Below, one piece after another: positions 9,066 through 19,450 of a stretch of 64,000 bases of DNA. The notes under the pieces were generated by a model that saw only the letters and a list, made by a program, of their open reading frames with translations, ran no database searches and had not been told where the DNA came from. The stretch comes from Akkermansia sp. GTDB taxonomy: Bacteria; Verrucomicrobiota; Verrucomicrobiia; Verrucomicrobiales; Akkermansiaceae. How positions within the stretch are numbered: the first letter of the stretch is position 1; each line of letters begins with the position of its first letter. A program made the translations under genes and the position numbers. The stretch is taken from positions 12,573 to 76,572 of the forward strand of contig JAFYRS010000094.1 of the NCBI GenBank assembly GCA_017546845.1, read 5' to 3'.

Positions 9066-10289
9066 ATGATGATTTCCATACTCCTTACTGCGATTATATC
9101 CCTTGCCATTGGTGGTGTGATTGGTTATCTCGCGGCATCTTTGCGCCATAAAAATGCCGAGACCCGTATTGCCACCCTGATGCAGCAGAATGATTTTCTG
9201 GCTTTGCAGGCCCAGGCAGAGGAACAGCGCTGGCAGGAACGCCAGAAACAGCTCGAAGAACGTTTCGAACAGCTTTCGCGCCGCATTCTCGACCACAATA
9301 CCGACCAGCTCAAAAACAGCAGCAAAGAGCAGTTGGGAACCGTGCTTCAGCCCCTGCGCGAGCAGTTGGATGTGCTGCGTAAGGCTGTAACGGAAACGAA
9401 CACCGGCAATGCAACGGCCCGCACCAGCATTGAAACGCTGGTGAAGCAGCTGATGGAGCGTGCCGATGGCATCAGCCAGGATGCAGCTAACCTGACGCGT
9501 GCGCTCAAAGGCGATTCCAAGGTACAGGGCGACTGGGGTGAGATGATACTTTCCCGCTTGCTGGAAAGCAGCGGTCTGCGCCCTGGTGAGGAATTTGTGA
9601 CCCAGACCAGCTATAAGGACCGCGAGGGGAATATCTTCCGCCCGGATGTGATTGTGAATCTGCCTGAGGACCGTCGTATCATCATCGATTCCAAAGTCTC
9701 CCTGACTGCCTATGCCCGACTGATGGAACTTGATGCTGACAGCGCCCCTGCGGAGCGTGATTCTGCTCTGAAAGCCCATGTGGATTCGGTTCGCAAGCAT
9801 ATTGCCGAACTGGCGGATAAGGATTACGCCTCCATTGTGCCCGGTGCTATCGGACATGTGCTCATGTTCATGCCGAATGAAGCTGCCTATATCGGGGCAG
9901 TGCAGGCGCAGCCCCAGCTGGTGCGCGATGCTTATGAACGGGGCGTGCTTCTCATCAGCCCCACGAATCTGCTCATGGCACTGCAGCTGGCGGCAAACCT
10001 CTGGCAGAAGGAACGCCAGTCCCGCAATGTTCACAATATCATTTCCCGTGCTGAACTCTTGTACAAGAAATGCGCCACGCTGGATGACAGCATGGAAAAG
10101 GTCAAGCGCGCCATTGATACCCTTTCCAAATCCTTTGAGCTGGCCCGCGGGCAATTCAAGACCGGCAATGGCAACCTGGTGCGCCAGATTGATGAATTGC
10201 GCAATTTCGGCATTACTCCCGCCCGCCGTATTGCTATGGATGAGGTGTCTGATGCCCCCGCCGAGGATACCAGACAAATATCCGCCTGA
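9066..10289 (+). CDS. rmuC: DNA recombination protein RmuC
   Basis: N-terminal TM, coiled coil, QGDWGEMIL, RPDVIVNLP, IIIDSK, MFMPNE and SPTNL motifs. Confidence 0.93.
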   Translation: MMISILLTAIISLAIGGVIGYLAASLRHKNAETRIATLMQQNDFLALQAQAEEQRWQERQKQLEERFEQLSRRILDHNTDQLKNSSKEQLGTVLQPLREQLDVLRKAVTETNTGNATARTSIETLVKQLMERADGISQDAANLTRALKGDSKVQGDWGEMILSRLLESSGLRPGEEFVTQTSYKDREGNIFRPDVIVNLPEDRRIIIDSKVSLTAYARLMELDADSAPAERDSALKAHVDSVRKHIAELADKDYASIVPGAIGHVLMFMPNEAAYIGAVQAQPQLVRDAYERGVLLISPTNLLMALQLAANLWQKERQSRNVHNIISRAELLYKKCATLDDSMEKVKRAIDTLSKSFELARGQFKTGNGNLVRQIDELRNFGITPARRIAMDEVSDAPAEDTRQISA

Positions 10290-10627
10290 CGAGGCGGATG
10301 TGAAAGGCCTTTCTTTGCCTTTTTTCTATCTAACAATTAGTTGCTAGCGATGATGAAGCCAGCCAGCAGAGACGCATCGTTTCCCTTACGTTCTGATACG
10401 ATGAGGCATCGGTCATGCGTGCTGGATTTCTGATTACTGTTAGAAGGTGGGGATTTGCAGTGAGTTTCCCTGTAGGTATGGCAAGTGGATTACTTCCGCA
10501 ACCACTCGTCATAAAAGAGCCGGAGCAACAGATGACTCATACGGAGAAGATAGAGTTGCAACGAATTCGACAAACCTTGTTTTTTTATCTTTTCCCGACG
10601 CCATCACTGTGATAATATATTCGCCGT

Positions 10628-11578
10628 ATGGCAGAAGATATGTTGAGTATTGGTGTTGATATGGGGGGAACCTCCATTAAGTTTGCCGTGGTGCGCGGCA
10701 CAGAGATTATTGACCGTGCCGAACCGGTGCGTACACAGGATTTTGTGGCGCCCGATGCGATTTTTGCAGAAGTCGGCAAGCGTTTGCGCGAACTTATCGC
10801 CCGCTACCCGCAAGTAAAGGCTGTGGGTATGGGCATTCCTGGTTTTGTTGACCACGATAAAGGTATTGCTGATTCTCTTACCAATGTTCCCGGTTGGTAT
10901 GATGTTCCCGTGCGTGCTATGCTGGAGGAAATGACCGGTCTGCCAGCCGCCGTGGATAATGACGCGAACTGCATGGCATACGCAGAATGGAAGCTGGGTG
11001 CCGGCAAGGGCCTGAATGACCTGGTATGCCTTACCCTCGGAACGGGTGTGGGCTCCGGTATTGTCGCAAATGGTAGAATGCTGCGCGGCTCGCTGGGGGC
11101 AGCAGGGGAACTGGGTCATGTCAGTATTGATTACCAGGGCCGCCCCGGGTATTATCATAATTTCGGAGCGCTGGAGAACTATATCGGCCACCCCCGCATT
11201 CAGGAAGATGCTGCCGCCGCCTATGCCGCAGCAGGCCAGGAGAAATCCTTTGAGGACTGCGCACCTTATCCTCTGGAGCTTGCTGCCAAGGAGGGGGATG
11301 CCATTGCTCTTGAAATGTGGGATTCGATAGCCCGTAAGCTTGCAACAGGATTACTCAACTGCCATTATCTGCTGAATCCCGCTGCGTTCATTATTGGTGG
11401 TGGAGTGGCCAAAGCCGGTGAATTGCTGATGGCACCCCTGCGTGGTTATCTGAAGGCTCAGATGTATGCGCCGCACTACGCCAGGTTGCAGATTCTGCCT
11501 GCCATGTTCAGCAATGATGCAGGTATCATCGGCGCAGCACGCATGGCTCTGGAAGAAGCAGAAAACCGCCAGGCATAA
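10628..11578 (+). CDS. ROK family sugar kinase (glucokinase-like)
   Basis: GVDMGGT, DNDAN, LTLGTGVGSG and GELGH motifs; the usual CxCG Zn motif is absent. Confidence 0.9.
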   Translation: MAEDMLSIGVDMGGTSIKFAVVRGTEIIDRAEPVRTQDFVAPDAIFAEVGKRLRELIARYPQVKAVGMGIPGFVDHDKGIADSLTNVPGWYDVPVRAMLEEMTGLPAAVDNDANCMAYAEWKLGAGKGLNDLVCLTLGTGVGSGIVANGRMLRGSLGAAGELGHVSIDYQGRPGYYHNFGALENYIGHPRIQEDAAAAYAAAGQEKSFEDCAPYPLELAAKEGDAIALEMWDSIARKLATGLLNCHYLLNPAAFIIGGGVAKAGELLMAPLRGYLKAQMYAPHYARLQILPAMFSNDAGIIGAARMALEEAENRQA

Positions 11579-12486
11579 TGGCTCACCTGCAAGCAGAAAC
11601 AGTTTCCAAGGGAGAACTGAGGCTGTGTGCCAGGCTTGGTCTGGATGAAGCTGGCACGCAGTCATTGCTGGCTGCCATGCGGGCAGGGGAGTCCTCCCGC
11701 GCAGCAGTGGTGCTGACCGCTCGCGCCCCTGAGGGGTATGAACCGCCTTTTGCCTGTGAAAAGCTGGAAGCAGACTGGCTGCCGCCACGTGTGTATGTGC
11801 CGGCGGCTGGCGAGAAGCCTACTTCTTATCCGGATTACGCCGAGGGACTTTATTATTCGCTGGATTTGTCCTCCTGCTGGGAATCGGCTTGCCTGGCGGA
11901 AGTACCCCGGCCGGCGTCTTCTCTGGATATGTGCGCCGCCCCTGGCGGTAAGACGATGCTTATGGCAGCTCGTTTTGGCGGTCAGCATCACACGGCAAAT
12001 GAAGTACACCCCGGACGCCGCGGCATTCTGCGCCAGAACCTGCAGCAATGCGGATATCCGGGAGTCGAGGTGACTGGTTTCCGGCCAGACCAGTGGGCAG
12101 GCAGCGGGAAAACCTTTGATTTGCTGCTGGTAGATGCTCCCTGCAGTGGTCAATCTCTGCTGTGCAAAGGAATTAAGAATCCCGGATGCCTGGGCAGCTC
12201 CATGGTGAATGGCAACGCCAAGCGCCAGAAAGGAATCCTGCTTTCTGCGGTACAATGTGTGAACCCCGGTGGCCACATTGTGTACACTACATGCACCTAT
12301 GACCCGGAGGAAAACGAAAAAGTCATTTCCTATATATTGAAACGGGTTCCGGGGTGGTCTGCGGTGGAGGTAGAATCCCTCTCGGCATTCCGCTCCTCGT
12401 TATCGGAATTTCCGGCATATCGGCTGCTGCCGGCGCATGGATTCGGTGCTGGCGGCTTCTGCTGTCTGCTTCGAAAAAAATACTAA
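11578..12486 (+). CDS. RsmB/RsmF/NOP2-family RNA m5C methyltransferase
   Basis: DMCAAPGGKT, DAPCSG and YTTCT...EENE motifs. Confidence 0.9.
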   Translation: MAHLQAETVSKGELRLCARLGLDEAGTQSLLAAMRAGESSRAAVVLTARAPEGYEPPFACEKLEADWLPPRVYVPAAGEKPTSYPDYAEGLYYSLDLSSCWESACLAEVPRPASSLDMCAAPGGKTMLMAARFGGQHHTANEVHPGRRGILRQNLQQCGYPGVEVTGFRPDQWAGSGKTFDLLLVDAPCSGQSLLCKGIKNPGCLGSSMVNGNAKRQKGILLSAVQCVNPGGHIVYTTCTYDPEENEKVISYILKRVPGWSAVEVESLSAFRSSLSEFPAYRLLPAHGFGAGGFCCLLRKKY

Positions 12487-12537
12487 ATAAATTATTCAAC
12501 AAAACACGCCTGACTTGTAACAAACACATACAATACG

Positions 12538-13056
12538 ATGAAAACCTATATTTACCTGATGATGGCGGCAGTATTGCCTTCCGTTTTTGCTTCCCCGCTG
12601 CCGGAGAAGGCTGAATTGCTGGCAACGAATACCGTTGTAGCCCAGTATGTGGCTACGGATTCCCGTCCCTGCTATGGTCGCACGGCACTTTGTCCGCACC
12701 GCTGCGGTCATGCCAAGAGCGTGGCCAAATTCCGCGTACTGGCCAATGAGGCTTATGAAAAGCCGGGTAAATATGGCGATGATAAGGCAGAGGTGGGCAA
12801 CATGTTGTTCATTGACGCCGTCAACAATGAGCCCGGGCAGGATGAAGCCATTCTCCGCAAGCTGGCAGAACTGAAGCCGGGTCAGGTGGTGCGTATCAAG
12901 CAGAACCACTATTATGCCGATTTTGGCAACGTTCTTGCCCCCGTCCGCCCTGTGGAGAAGCTGGAGGTTCTGAAAGACGGTGCTTGTGAGGAAATCCTTC
13001 CCACCCCGCAGGACCCGGCAAACCACGACCACGAGGTGATGCCTCTGCCGCTTTAA
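12538..13056 (+). CDS. secreted hypothetical protein with CxxxxxxCPxRCxH motif
   Basis: Signal peptide (MKTYIYL...VFA); host-like codon usage; fills the gap before the convergent serpin gene. Confidence 0.75.
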   Translation: MKTYIYLMMAAVLPSVFASPLPEKAELLATNTVVAQYVATDSRPCYGRTALCPHRCGHAKSVAKFRVLANEAYEKPGKYGDDKAEVGNMLFIDAVNNEPGQDEAILRKLAELKPGQVVRIKQNHYYADFGNVLAPVRPVEKLEVLKDGACEEILPTPQDPANHDHEVMPLPL

Positions 13057-13066
13057 GCGCAAGGTC

Positions 13067-14227
13067 TCACATTTCTTCAAGCAGCCCCATGAACTCCATG
13101 GGGCTGTTTGTATTCAGTTCTCCCACGAACCAGAAGAATGGCCGCGAGAACTCCATGCTGGTTTCCGCTCCTTCCAGTGATGCATCTTCCTCTGTGGAGT
13201 TCTGAGATTCAAGCAGGCTGAGACCGCATGAGTAAATGACGGCGCCCAGGTGCACTTGTTCCTTGCAGAAAGGTGAGAAATCGGCTTCTGTATCACTGAA
13301 CAGACTGTCAAGCCCGAGTTGCCTCAAAGTTGAACGAAAGTCTTGCGGTGCTACAATCTGGCCCATACGTGGGAGCATGACCAGCGAATCTGCCGGTTCT
13401 GCGTTTGCCAGGGCTGTGCGTATGGCCGTGAGCGATTCCGGCGTGAGCCCTGCTGCAAACGCACGTGCCGGGGTGGCGGGCAGAATGGCCACAAAAACAA
13501 GCGGGGTTGAGTTGTTTCCTGGCTGCTCCAGTTCAATAGCTACAGCCTGCCATGAGGCATCGTCTGCTTTTGCTGTGCGGTAAGCGCCGCGCGCTCGCAT
13601 CTGGTGAAACTTGGGCATCCTGCCTGAGGCGCTGTCAAAGTCAGCTTGTTGTGAATTGACCTTATCAAACGGAATTTTCCAGCGAGGGGTGAAGTATGCC
13701 GTGGCGCCACCCAGCAGCTTTGTTCTGGCGCTGGTGTTATCGCTTGTGGCGAATTGCAGGTTGGGATATGGCGTATACTTTGCCAGCAAGGAGTTGAAGA
13801 GGCTCAACGCCAGGGGATAGTCTTCTGAGAAAGGCAGAGTCAATATGTTTTGATGGGGGGTGGTACGATGAAGATTGATATCTGCCGCAACCAGTGAGAA
13901 TCTGTCAATATGGGATGACGGCTCCGGAGATATGGGCAGCGCATTGATTGCATCAAGGGTCTTACCTCCGGCAATGGTCTGTAAGTCCCGCAGCAGGTCA
14001 TGAACGATTCCCGGTGCTACGATGACGTTTCCAGTTTTATCGTTAAGCGCGTGTTGAAAAAGCTGGAGGCTCAATGCATCCGTGCGGGTGTCGCGCGCCT
14101 CTTCGGATGAATGGGGTGCAGCCTCAACATGTGCTTTCTTGTTTGTTTGCCATACATAGCCGGTAATGCCACTTGCCAGAATGCAGACGCCAAATATGAT
14201 AGGCCAGATATGCTGTGCAATTTTCAT
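13067..14227 (-). CDS. serpin-family protein with N-terminal anchor, probably non-inhibitory
   Basis: AYFTPRWKIPFD (serpin YFxxxWxxPF), FVAILP, LRQLGLDSLFS..ADFS, FSRPFFW and FMG motifs; start set at ATG just after the dnaE stop. Confidence 0.8.
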   Translation of the reverse strand: MKIAQHIWPIIFGVCILASGITGYVWQTNKKAHVEAAPHSSEEARDTRTDALSLQLFQHALNDKTGNVIVAPGIVHDLLRDLQTIAGGKTLDAINALPISPEPSSHIDRFSLVAADINLHRTTPHQNILTLPFSEDYPLALSLFNSLLAKYTPYPNLQFATSDNTSARTKLLGGATAYFTPRWKIPFDKVNSQQADFDSASGRMPKFHQMRARGAYRTAKADDASWQAVAIELEQPGNNSTPLVFVAILPATPARAFAAGLTPESLTAIRTALANAEPADSLVMLPRMGQIVAPQDFRSTLRQLGLDSLFSDTEADFSPFCKEQVHLGAVIYSCGLSLLESQNSTEEDASLEGAETSMEFSRPFFWFVGELNTNSPMEFMGLLEEM

Positions 14228-14228
14228 G

Positions 14229-17200
14229 TCAGGAATAAAGCGAAAGTTCTTCGTCCAGTTTCGGGCTGGGGGTGATGCAGTAGCGCTCGCCCAGTTCAAT
14301 GCTGACCCGGTTGCCCAGAGAATTGCGGAATGTCATGTGCACCGGCATTTTGCCCGGATATTTCAGCAGGATGTCCTTAATCAGCGCCAGGTCACCCTCG
14401 TTGTGGCGAGCGGTGTTGAGCGTGATTTCATAGAACTTGGGCTTTCCACCGCGGCGGCGGGCACCGCTGCCGCCAATCTGCTCCACTCCATTGGCGGAAA
14501 CTTTTTTGCCGCCAGTCTTTTCATCCTCGGAAATGCGGGCGCGGAACTGGACAAAGTTGCCCTCGGTGAGCAGGCCTTCCTGTTCTGCGGCGTCGGTGTA
14601 TGATTTGCCCCAGAGCAGGGCCTCGGTGCTGCCGGTAAAGTCTTCCACCGTGATGATGGCAAACTTCTGTCCGCTCTTACTCATCTTGATGGTGACCGTG
14701 CGGAGCATGCCGGCCATATCCCGGCTGCCGCGGCATTCCTCTGCCGTCAGATCCGGCAGCGTGCCGATGGACAGGAACTTGGGCGAATCAATGATACCGC
14801 GCATGCTGTCCAGCGGGTTGCCGGTGAAATAGGCACCCGTGAGGAATTTTTCATCATCCAGCCGTTTTTCCTTGGGCCATTCCTGGAGGGTGACCGTCTC
14901 CACCGGGGCAGAGGTGGTGCCCATCATGTCGAACAGCGCCATCTGGCCGGCCTCTGCATCCTTGTGCACGCTGCTGGCGCCGTTGATGCATTGCTCAATG
15001 CTTTCGAAAATCTGGGCGCGGCACACGTGCATCCAGTCAAACGCACCGCATTGCACCAGCACTTCAATCTGGTTGCGGCGCACATTCTGCGGCGGAATGC
15101 GGTAGCAGAAATCCTCCAGGCTCTTGTAGGGCCCGTTCTTCGCGCGCTCTTCCACAATGACGCGCACGGTTTCAGAACTCATGCTCTTGACTGAAGCAAG
15201 ACCAAAGCGCACGGCCAGCTTGCCGTTGGGCATGGTTTCGGGGCAGAATTTCACCTCACTGTGGTTGACGCAGGGCCCCAGCACTTCAATCCCCATGCGG
15301 ATGGCTTCCTGGATGAAAACGCCAATTTTTTCATTGGTTGATTCGTTGGTCATGAGACCACAGAGGAACTCTACCGGGAAATGGGCTTTCAGATAAGCGG
15401 TCCAGTAGGAAATATGGCCGTAACATGCGGAGTGTGACTTGTTGAAACCGTAGCCTGCGAACTTCTGAATCTTATCGAAAATGGCATTGGCCGTTTTCTC
15501 GTCAATCTGGTTGACATCCCAGCAGCCTTTCACGAAACGGCGGCGTTGTTCAGCCATTTCCTGCATGTCCTTGTGGCCCATGGCGCGACGCAGCAAGTCT
15601 GCACCACCCAGAGTGTAACCGGCCAGGAGCTTGGCTGCAGCCTGCACCTGTTCCTGGTAAATCATCACGCCATAGGTAAGACCGGACACCGTCTCCAGCA
15701 GCGGGTGCTCGTATTCCGCTTGTTTGAGGCCTTTCTTCACGGCAATCATGTCGTCCATGAACTGCATGGCACCGGGGCGGTACAGGGCGAGAAGCGCGAT
15801 GATGTCTTCAATGTTATCAATACCGTAGCGCCGGCAGGTATCCACCATGCCGCCGGATTCCAGCTGGAACACGCCCATGGTATCACCGCGGTTGAGCAGT
15901 TCAAAGGTCTTCTTGTCCGTGATATCCACGGCATCGTAGCGGAAATCCGGCACGCGGCGGCGCACATAGGTTTCCGCATCCTTCATTACGGTGAGCGTCT
16001 TGAGCCCCAGGAAGTCCATCTTGAGCAGTCCTGCGTTGTAAATGGCGCTCATATCGCATTGCGCCACTACTTCTCCCTTCGGATTGCTCAGGTCATCGCG
16101 CGTCAGCGCCACGTATTCATCCAGCGGGCGGTCACCAATCACCACACCGGCGGCGTGCATGCCCACGTTGCGCACCGTTCCTTCCAGTTTCTTGGCGTAG
16201 TTCCAGATTTCGCGGTAGGTGTCGTCCTGTTCAATCAGGTTGCGCAGGTCTTCGCTGGCGGCAAGGCTCTTATCCAGCGTGACTCCGGGGCCACTTTCAA
16301 TAAGCTTGGCAATCTTGTCACTGTCGCCGTAGCTCATATCCAGCACGCGTGCCACGTCCTTGATGACCGACTTTGCGCCCATAGTGCCGTAGGTGATGAT
16401 GTGCGTCACGGCACGCTCGCCGTATTTCTGGCGCACGTATTCAATCACCTCCGGACGGCGGGTCTGGCAGAAGTCGATATCGATATCCGGCGGGCTCACA
16501 CGTTCCGGGTTCAGGAATCGTTCGAAAATCAGGTTGAAGGCATAGGGGTCAATGTTGGTGATTTTCATCACATACGCCACCAGGGAGCCTGCAGCCGAAC
16601 CACGGCCCGGCCCCACGGGAATATCGTGATTCTTGGCCCAGTTGATGAAGTCTGCGGTGATGAGGAAGTAGCTGGGGAAGCGCAGCTGGTTGATGATGCC
16701 CAGCTCATAATCCAGGCGCGCGCGCAGCTCTGTGTCATTTTCTGCGCGTTCCTTGCCGTAGCGCTCGGCCAGACCCTCGTAGCAGATTTTGCGCAGGTAC
16801 TCCTCACGCGTAGAGCCGTCATCGGGTGCGAATTCCGGGTAGCGTTCGGTGGAGGTGGAGTCCAGCTTGATGGAGGTGTTGCAGCGCTCGGCAATCACAT
16901 TGGTGTTTTCGTATGCATCCGGGTATTCCGGGAAGAGCAGGCGCATTTCCTCCTCACTCTTGAAGTAGACGCTCTTGGGATAGCGCATGCGTTTGGAATC
17001 CATGCGCTTGTTGCCTGTGCCCACGCAGATGAGGATATCGTGCGCATCGTGGTCGTCAGCATTCAGGAAGTGGGCATCGTTCGTCACCACCAGCGGCACG
17101 TTGTGCTTGCGGGCAAGGCGCACCAGGTCGGGAATCACGCGGCGTTCCTCCTCGATTTCGTGGTCCTGCAGCTCTACGAAAACGTTGTCTCTGCCGAAGA

Positions 17201-17744
17201 TATCCAGCAGCTTGAGCAATTCTTCCTCTGCCTTTTCCGGTTCATCGCGCAGCAGCCATTCCTGCATGGGGCCTGCCAGGCAGCCCGTCAGGCAGATGAG
17301 CCCCTTGCTGAACTCGCGCAGGGTGTCATAGTCAATGCGCGGTTTGTAGTAAAAGCCGTCCAGGTGGCCACGGGAAACAATCTTGATAAGGTTTTCCCAG
17401 CCGATATTGTTCTCGCAGAGCAACACCAGGTGGCAGTATTTGTTGCGTCCGGGAATCTGCTTTTTCACATCCAGCGGGGTGGGGGCCACATATACTTCGC
17501 AACCCAGAATCGGCTTGAATACAGGCTTTTTCTCGTCCGGGTGTTCCTTGTTCCACTCCAGAATCCCCTTGTTGTGCTTTTTCACGTTCACCATGAATTC
17601 AATCGCCGCAAACACATTGCCATGGTCAGTGATGGCAACGGAATTCATGCCCAGCTCCACGCATTTCTTAATCAGATCCTTGGTGTGGATCATGCCGTCG
17701 AGCAGGGAATATTCGGTGTGAACGTGTAAGTGAGTGAAAGCCAT
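14229..17744 (-). CDS. dnaE: DNA polymerase III alpha subunit
   Basis: PHP HLHVHTEYSLLDG, GPGRGSAAGS, PPDIDIDF, LKMDFLGL and YGFNKSH; start moved to MAFTH. Confidence 0.97.
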   Translation of the reverse strand: MAFTHLHVHTEYSLLDGMIHTKDLIKKCVELGMNSVAITDHGNVFAAIEFMVNVKKHNKGILEWNKEHPDEKKPVFKPILGCEVYVAPTPLDVKKQIPGRNKYCHLVLLCENNIGWENLIKIVSRGHLDGFYYKPRIDYDTLREFSKGLICLTGCLAGPMQEWLLRDEPEKAEEELLKLLDIFGRDNVFVELQDHEIEEERRVIPDLVRLARKHNVPLVVTNDAHFLNADDHDAHDILICVGTGNKRMDSKRMRYPKSVYFKSEEEMRLLFPEYPDAYENTNVIAERCNTSIKLDSTSTERYPEFAPDDGSTREEYLRKICYEGLAERYGKERAENDTELRARLDYELGIINQLRFPSYFLITADFINWAKNHDIPVGPGRGSAAGSLVAYVMKITNIDPYAFNLIFERFLNPERVSPPDIDIDFCQTRRPEVIEYVRQKYGERAVTHIITYGTMGAKSVIKDVARVLDMSYGDSDKIAKLIESGPGVTLDKSLAASEDLRNLIEQDDTYREIWNYAKKLEGTVRNVGMHAAGVVIGDRPLDEYVALTRDDLSNPKGEVVAQCDMSAIYNAGLLKMDFLGLKTLTVMKDAETYVRRRVPDFRYDAVDITDKKTFELLNRGDTMGVFQLESGGMVDTCRRYGIDNIEDIIALLALYRPGAMQFMDDMIAVKKGLKQAEYEHPLLETVSGLTYGVMIYQEQVQAAAKLLAGYTLGGADLLRRAMGHKDMQEMAEQRRRFVKGCWDVNQIDEKTANAIFDKIQKFAGYGFNKSHSACYGHISYWTAYLKAHFPVEFLCGLMTNESTNEKIGVFIQEAIRMGIEVLGPCVNHSEVKFCPETMPNGKLAVRFGLASVKSMSSETVRVIVEERAKNGPYKSLEDFCYRIPPQNVRRNQIEVLVQCGAFDWMHVCRAQIFESIEQCINGASSVHKDAEAGQMALFDMMGTTSAPVETVTLQEWPKEKRLDDEKFLTGAYFTGNPLDSMRGIIDSPKFLSIGTLPDLTAEECRGSRDMAGMLRTVTIKMSKSGQKFAIITVEDFTGSTEALLWGKSYTDAAEQEGLLTEGNFVQFRARISEDEKTGGKKVSANGVEQIGGSGARRRGGKPKFYEITLNTARHNEGDLALIKDILLKYPGKMPVHMTFRNSLGNRVSIELGERYCITPSPKLDEELSLYS

Positions 17745-17887
17745 GGCGCGTGCGTCAATTATACACCAGTCGTTCCTGCATGTCATGTAGAAAACGTGCC
17801 ACGCCCGCAAAAAAATAAATGAAAACGCGAACACATTACGCGCTTGCGTATGCAGGGGCGTTTGCGATATGATGATGCAAACAAGTT

Positions 17888-19450
17888 ATGAGCACTCTCA
17901 ACGATATCCTCTTTGATGAAATTCTGCAGGCGCGCCAGCGTGTGTATGCGGTGGGGGCACCCACGCCCTTGCAGGAAATCAAGCTCCCCGGGGTGAATGT
18001 CACCGTGTTTGCCAAGCGTGAGGACCTGGGCCCCATTAAGGCATACAAGTGGCGTGGGGCTTATAACTGCATGGCCAAGCTTTCTGCTGAACAGCGGGAG
18101 AATGGAGTGGTGGCTGCCTCCGCAGGTAATCACGGGCAGGGCGTGGCTCTGGCCGCCCGCCGCCTGGGGTGCAAGGCGCATATCTACATGCCTCGCTCCA
18201 CTCCCGAGGTGAAGCAGAACGCCGTACGCATGCATGGCGGGGATAATGTGGAGATTGTGCTTACCGGTGACTCGTACGATGCCGCCTCTGCTGCGGCGCA
18301 TGAGTTTGCCGATGCCAATGGCCTGACCTTTGTGCACCCTTATGACCACCCGTATACCATGGGCGGGCAGGGGACTCTGGCGGATGAAGTGGTGATGAGC
18401 GGGCATGGGCCGTTTGACCGCGTGTATCTGCAGATTGGCGGCGGTGGTCTGGCTGCGGCCTGCGCCTGCTGGTTCAAGAAATTCTGGCCGGATTGCAAGT
18501 GCATTGGTGTGGAAGGAGTGAACCAGGCCTCCATGAAGCTGGCCGTGGAAAGTGGCGAGCGCAAGACTCTGCCGTATGTGGATGTATTCTGTGACGGCAC
18601 GGCCGTGCGCACGGCGGGTGAGCTTACCTTTGAACTTTGCCGTGAGTTGCTGGATGGCTTTGTCACCGTGACTAATGAGGAGGTGTGCAAGGCTATCCGT
18701 TCGCTCTGGAACAGCATCCGTGTCATTACGGAACCCTCTGGCTCCATGGGCATTGCGGCTTTGTTGCAGGACTGGAAGAACGGTAATATCTCCCCCGGGG
18801 AGAAATGCCTGGTGGTGCTTTCCGGCGCTAACATGGATTTTGCCCAGATGGGCGTGGTGGCGTCGCGTGCCGGTGTGCATGAAACGAACCGTCAGGAGCG
18901 CTTCCTGCAGATTCCCATGGAAACCAAGCGGGGTCAGGTGCTCAAATATCTGGAAAGCATTCCGGAAGGCGTGCAGCTGACCGATGTGCAGTATGGGCGC
19001 GTGGCGGGGGATATTCAGCAACCTGTGTTCGGCGTTCTGGCCACGGATGAGCAGTTTGCTGAGATTGACCGCGCTTTGCAGGAAAAAGGATTGCAGGCAA
19101 GAGATGTCACGAACCATGCAGATGTGCGCTTCCGCATGATTTCCTATGACCGTGAGCGGTTGAAACACCCCGTGTTCTTTGTGATTGAGTTCCCGGAGCG
19201 TCCTGGTGCATTCTCTGAGTTCATGCGCGTGGTGGGGCAGTATGCGCACCTGTGCTATTTCAATTACCGTTATTCCGGCGAACATGTGGGCCGCGCCCTG
19301 GTCGGGCTGGAATTTGAAACGGTGGAGGACCGCGACACCTGCCGCGAGAAGGCTATGCAGCTGCTGGGCACAACGATTCAGGGGCTTCATGAACTGCCGG
19401 ACGAAGTGCGCCACCGCGTGCTGGACCGCATGTCACCCCTGGATAAATGA
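17888..19450 (+). CDS. ilvA: threonine ammonia-lyase (biosynthetic, with ACT-like regulatory domain)
   Basis: KREDL, YKWRGAYN, ASAGNH, GQGT, SGANMDF, FPERPGA and YFNYR motifs. Confidence 0.93.
   Translation: MSTLNDILFDEILQARQRVYAVGAPTPLQEIKLPGVNVTVFAKREDLGPIKAYKWRGAYNCMAKLSAEQRENGVVAASAGNHGQGVALAARRLGCKAHIYMPRSTPEVKQNAVRMHGGDNVEIVLTGDSYDAASAAAHEFADANGLTFVHPYDHPYTMGGQGTLADEVVMSGHGPFDRVYLQIGGGGLAAACACWFKKFWPDCKCIGVEGVNQASMKLAVESGERKTLPYVDVFCDGTAVRTAGELTFELCRELLDGFVTVTNEEVCKAIRSLWNSIRVITEPSGSMGIAALLQDWKNGNISPGEKCLVVLSGANMDFAQMGVVASRAGVHETNRQERFLQIPMETKRGQVLKYLESIPEGVQLTDVQYGRVAGDIQQPVFGVLATDEQFAEIDRALQEKGLQARDVTNHADVRFRMISYDRERLKHPVFFVIEFPERPGAFSEFMRVVGQYAHLCYFNYRYSGEHVGRALVGLEFETVEDRDTCREKAMQLLGTTIQGLHELPDEVRHRVLDRMSPLDK

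Noticed and set aside
14229-17744. Possible intein in dnaE
   Set aside because: Length is normal, there are no splicing motifs, and only a short insertion in the PHP domain.
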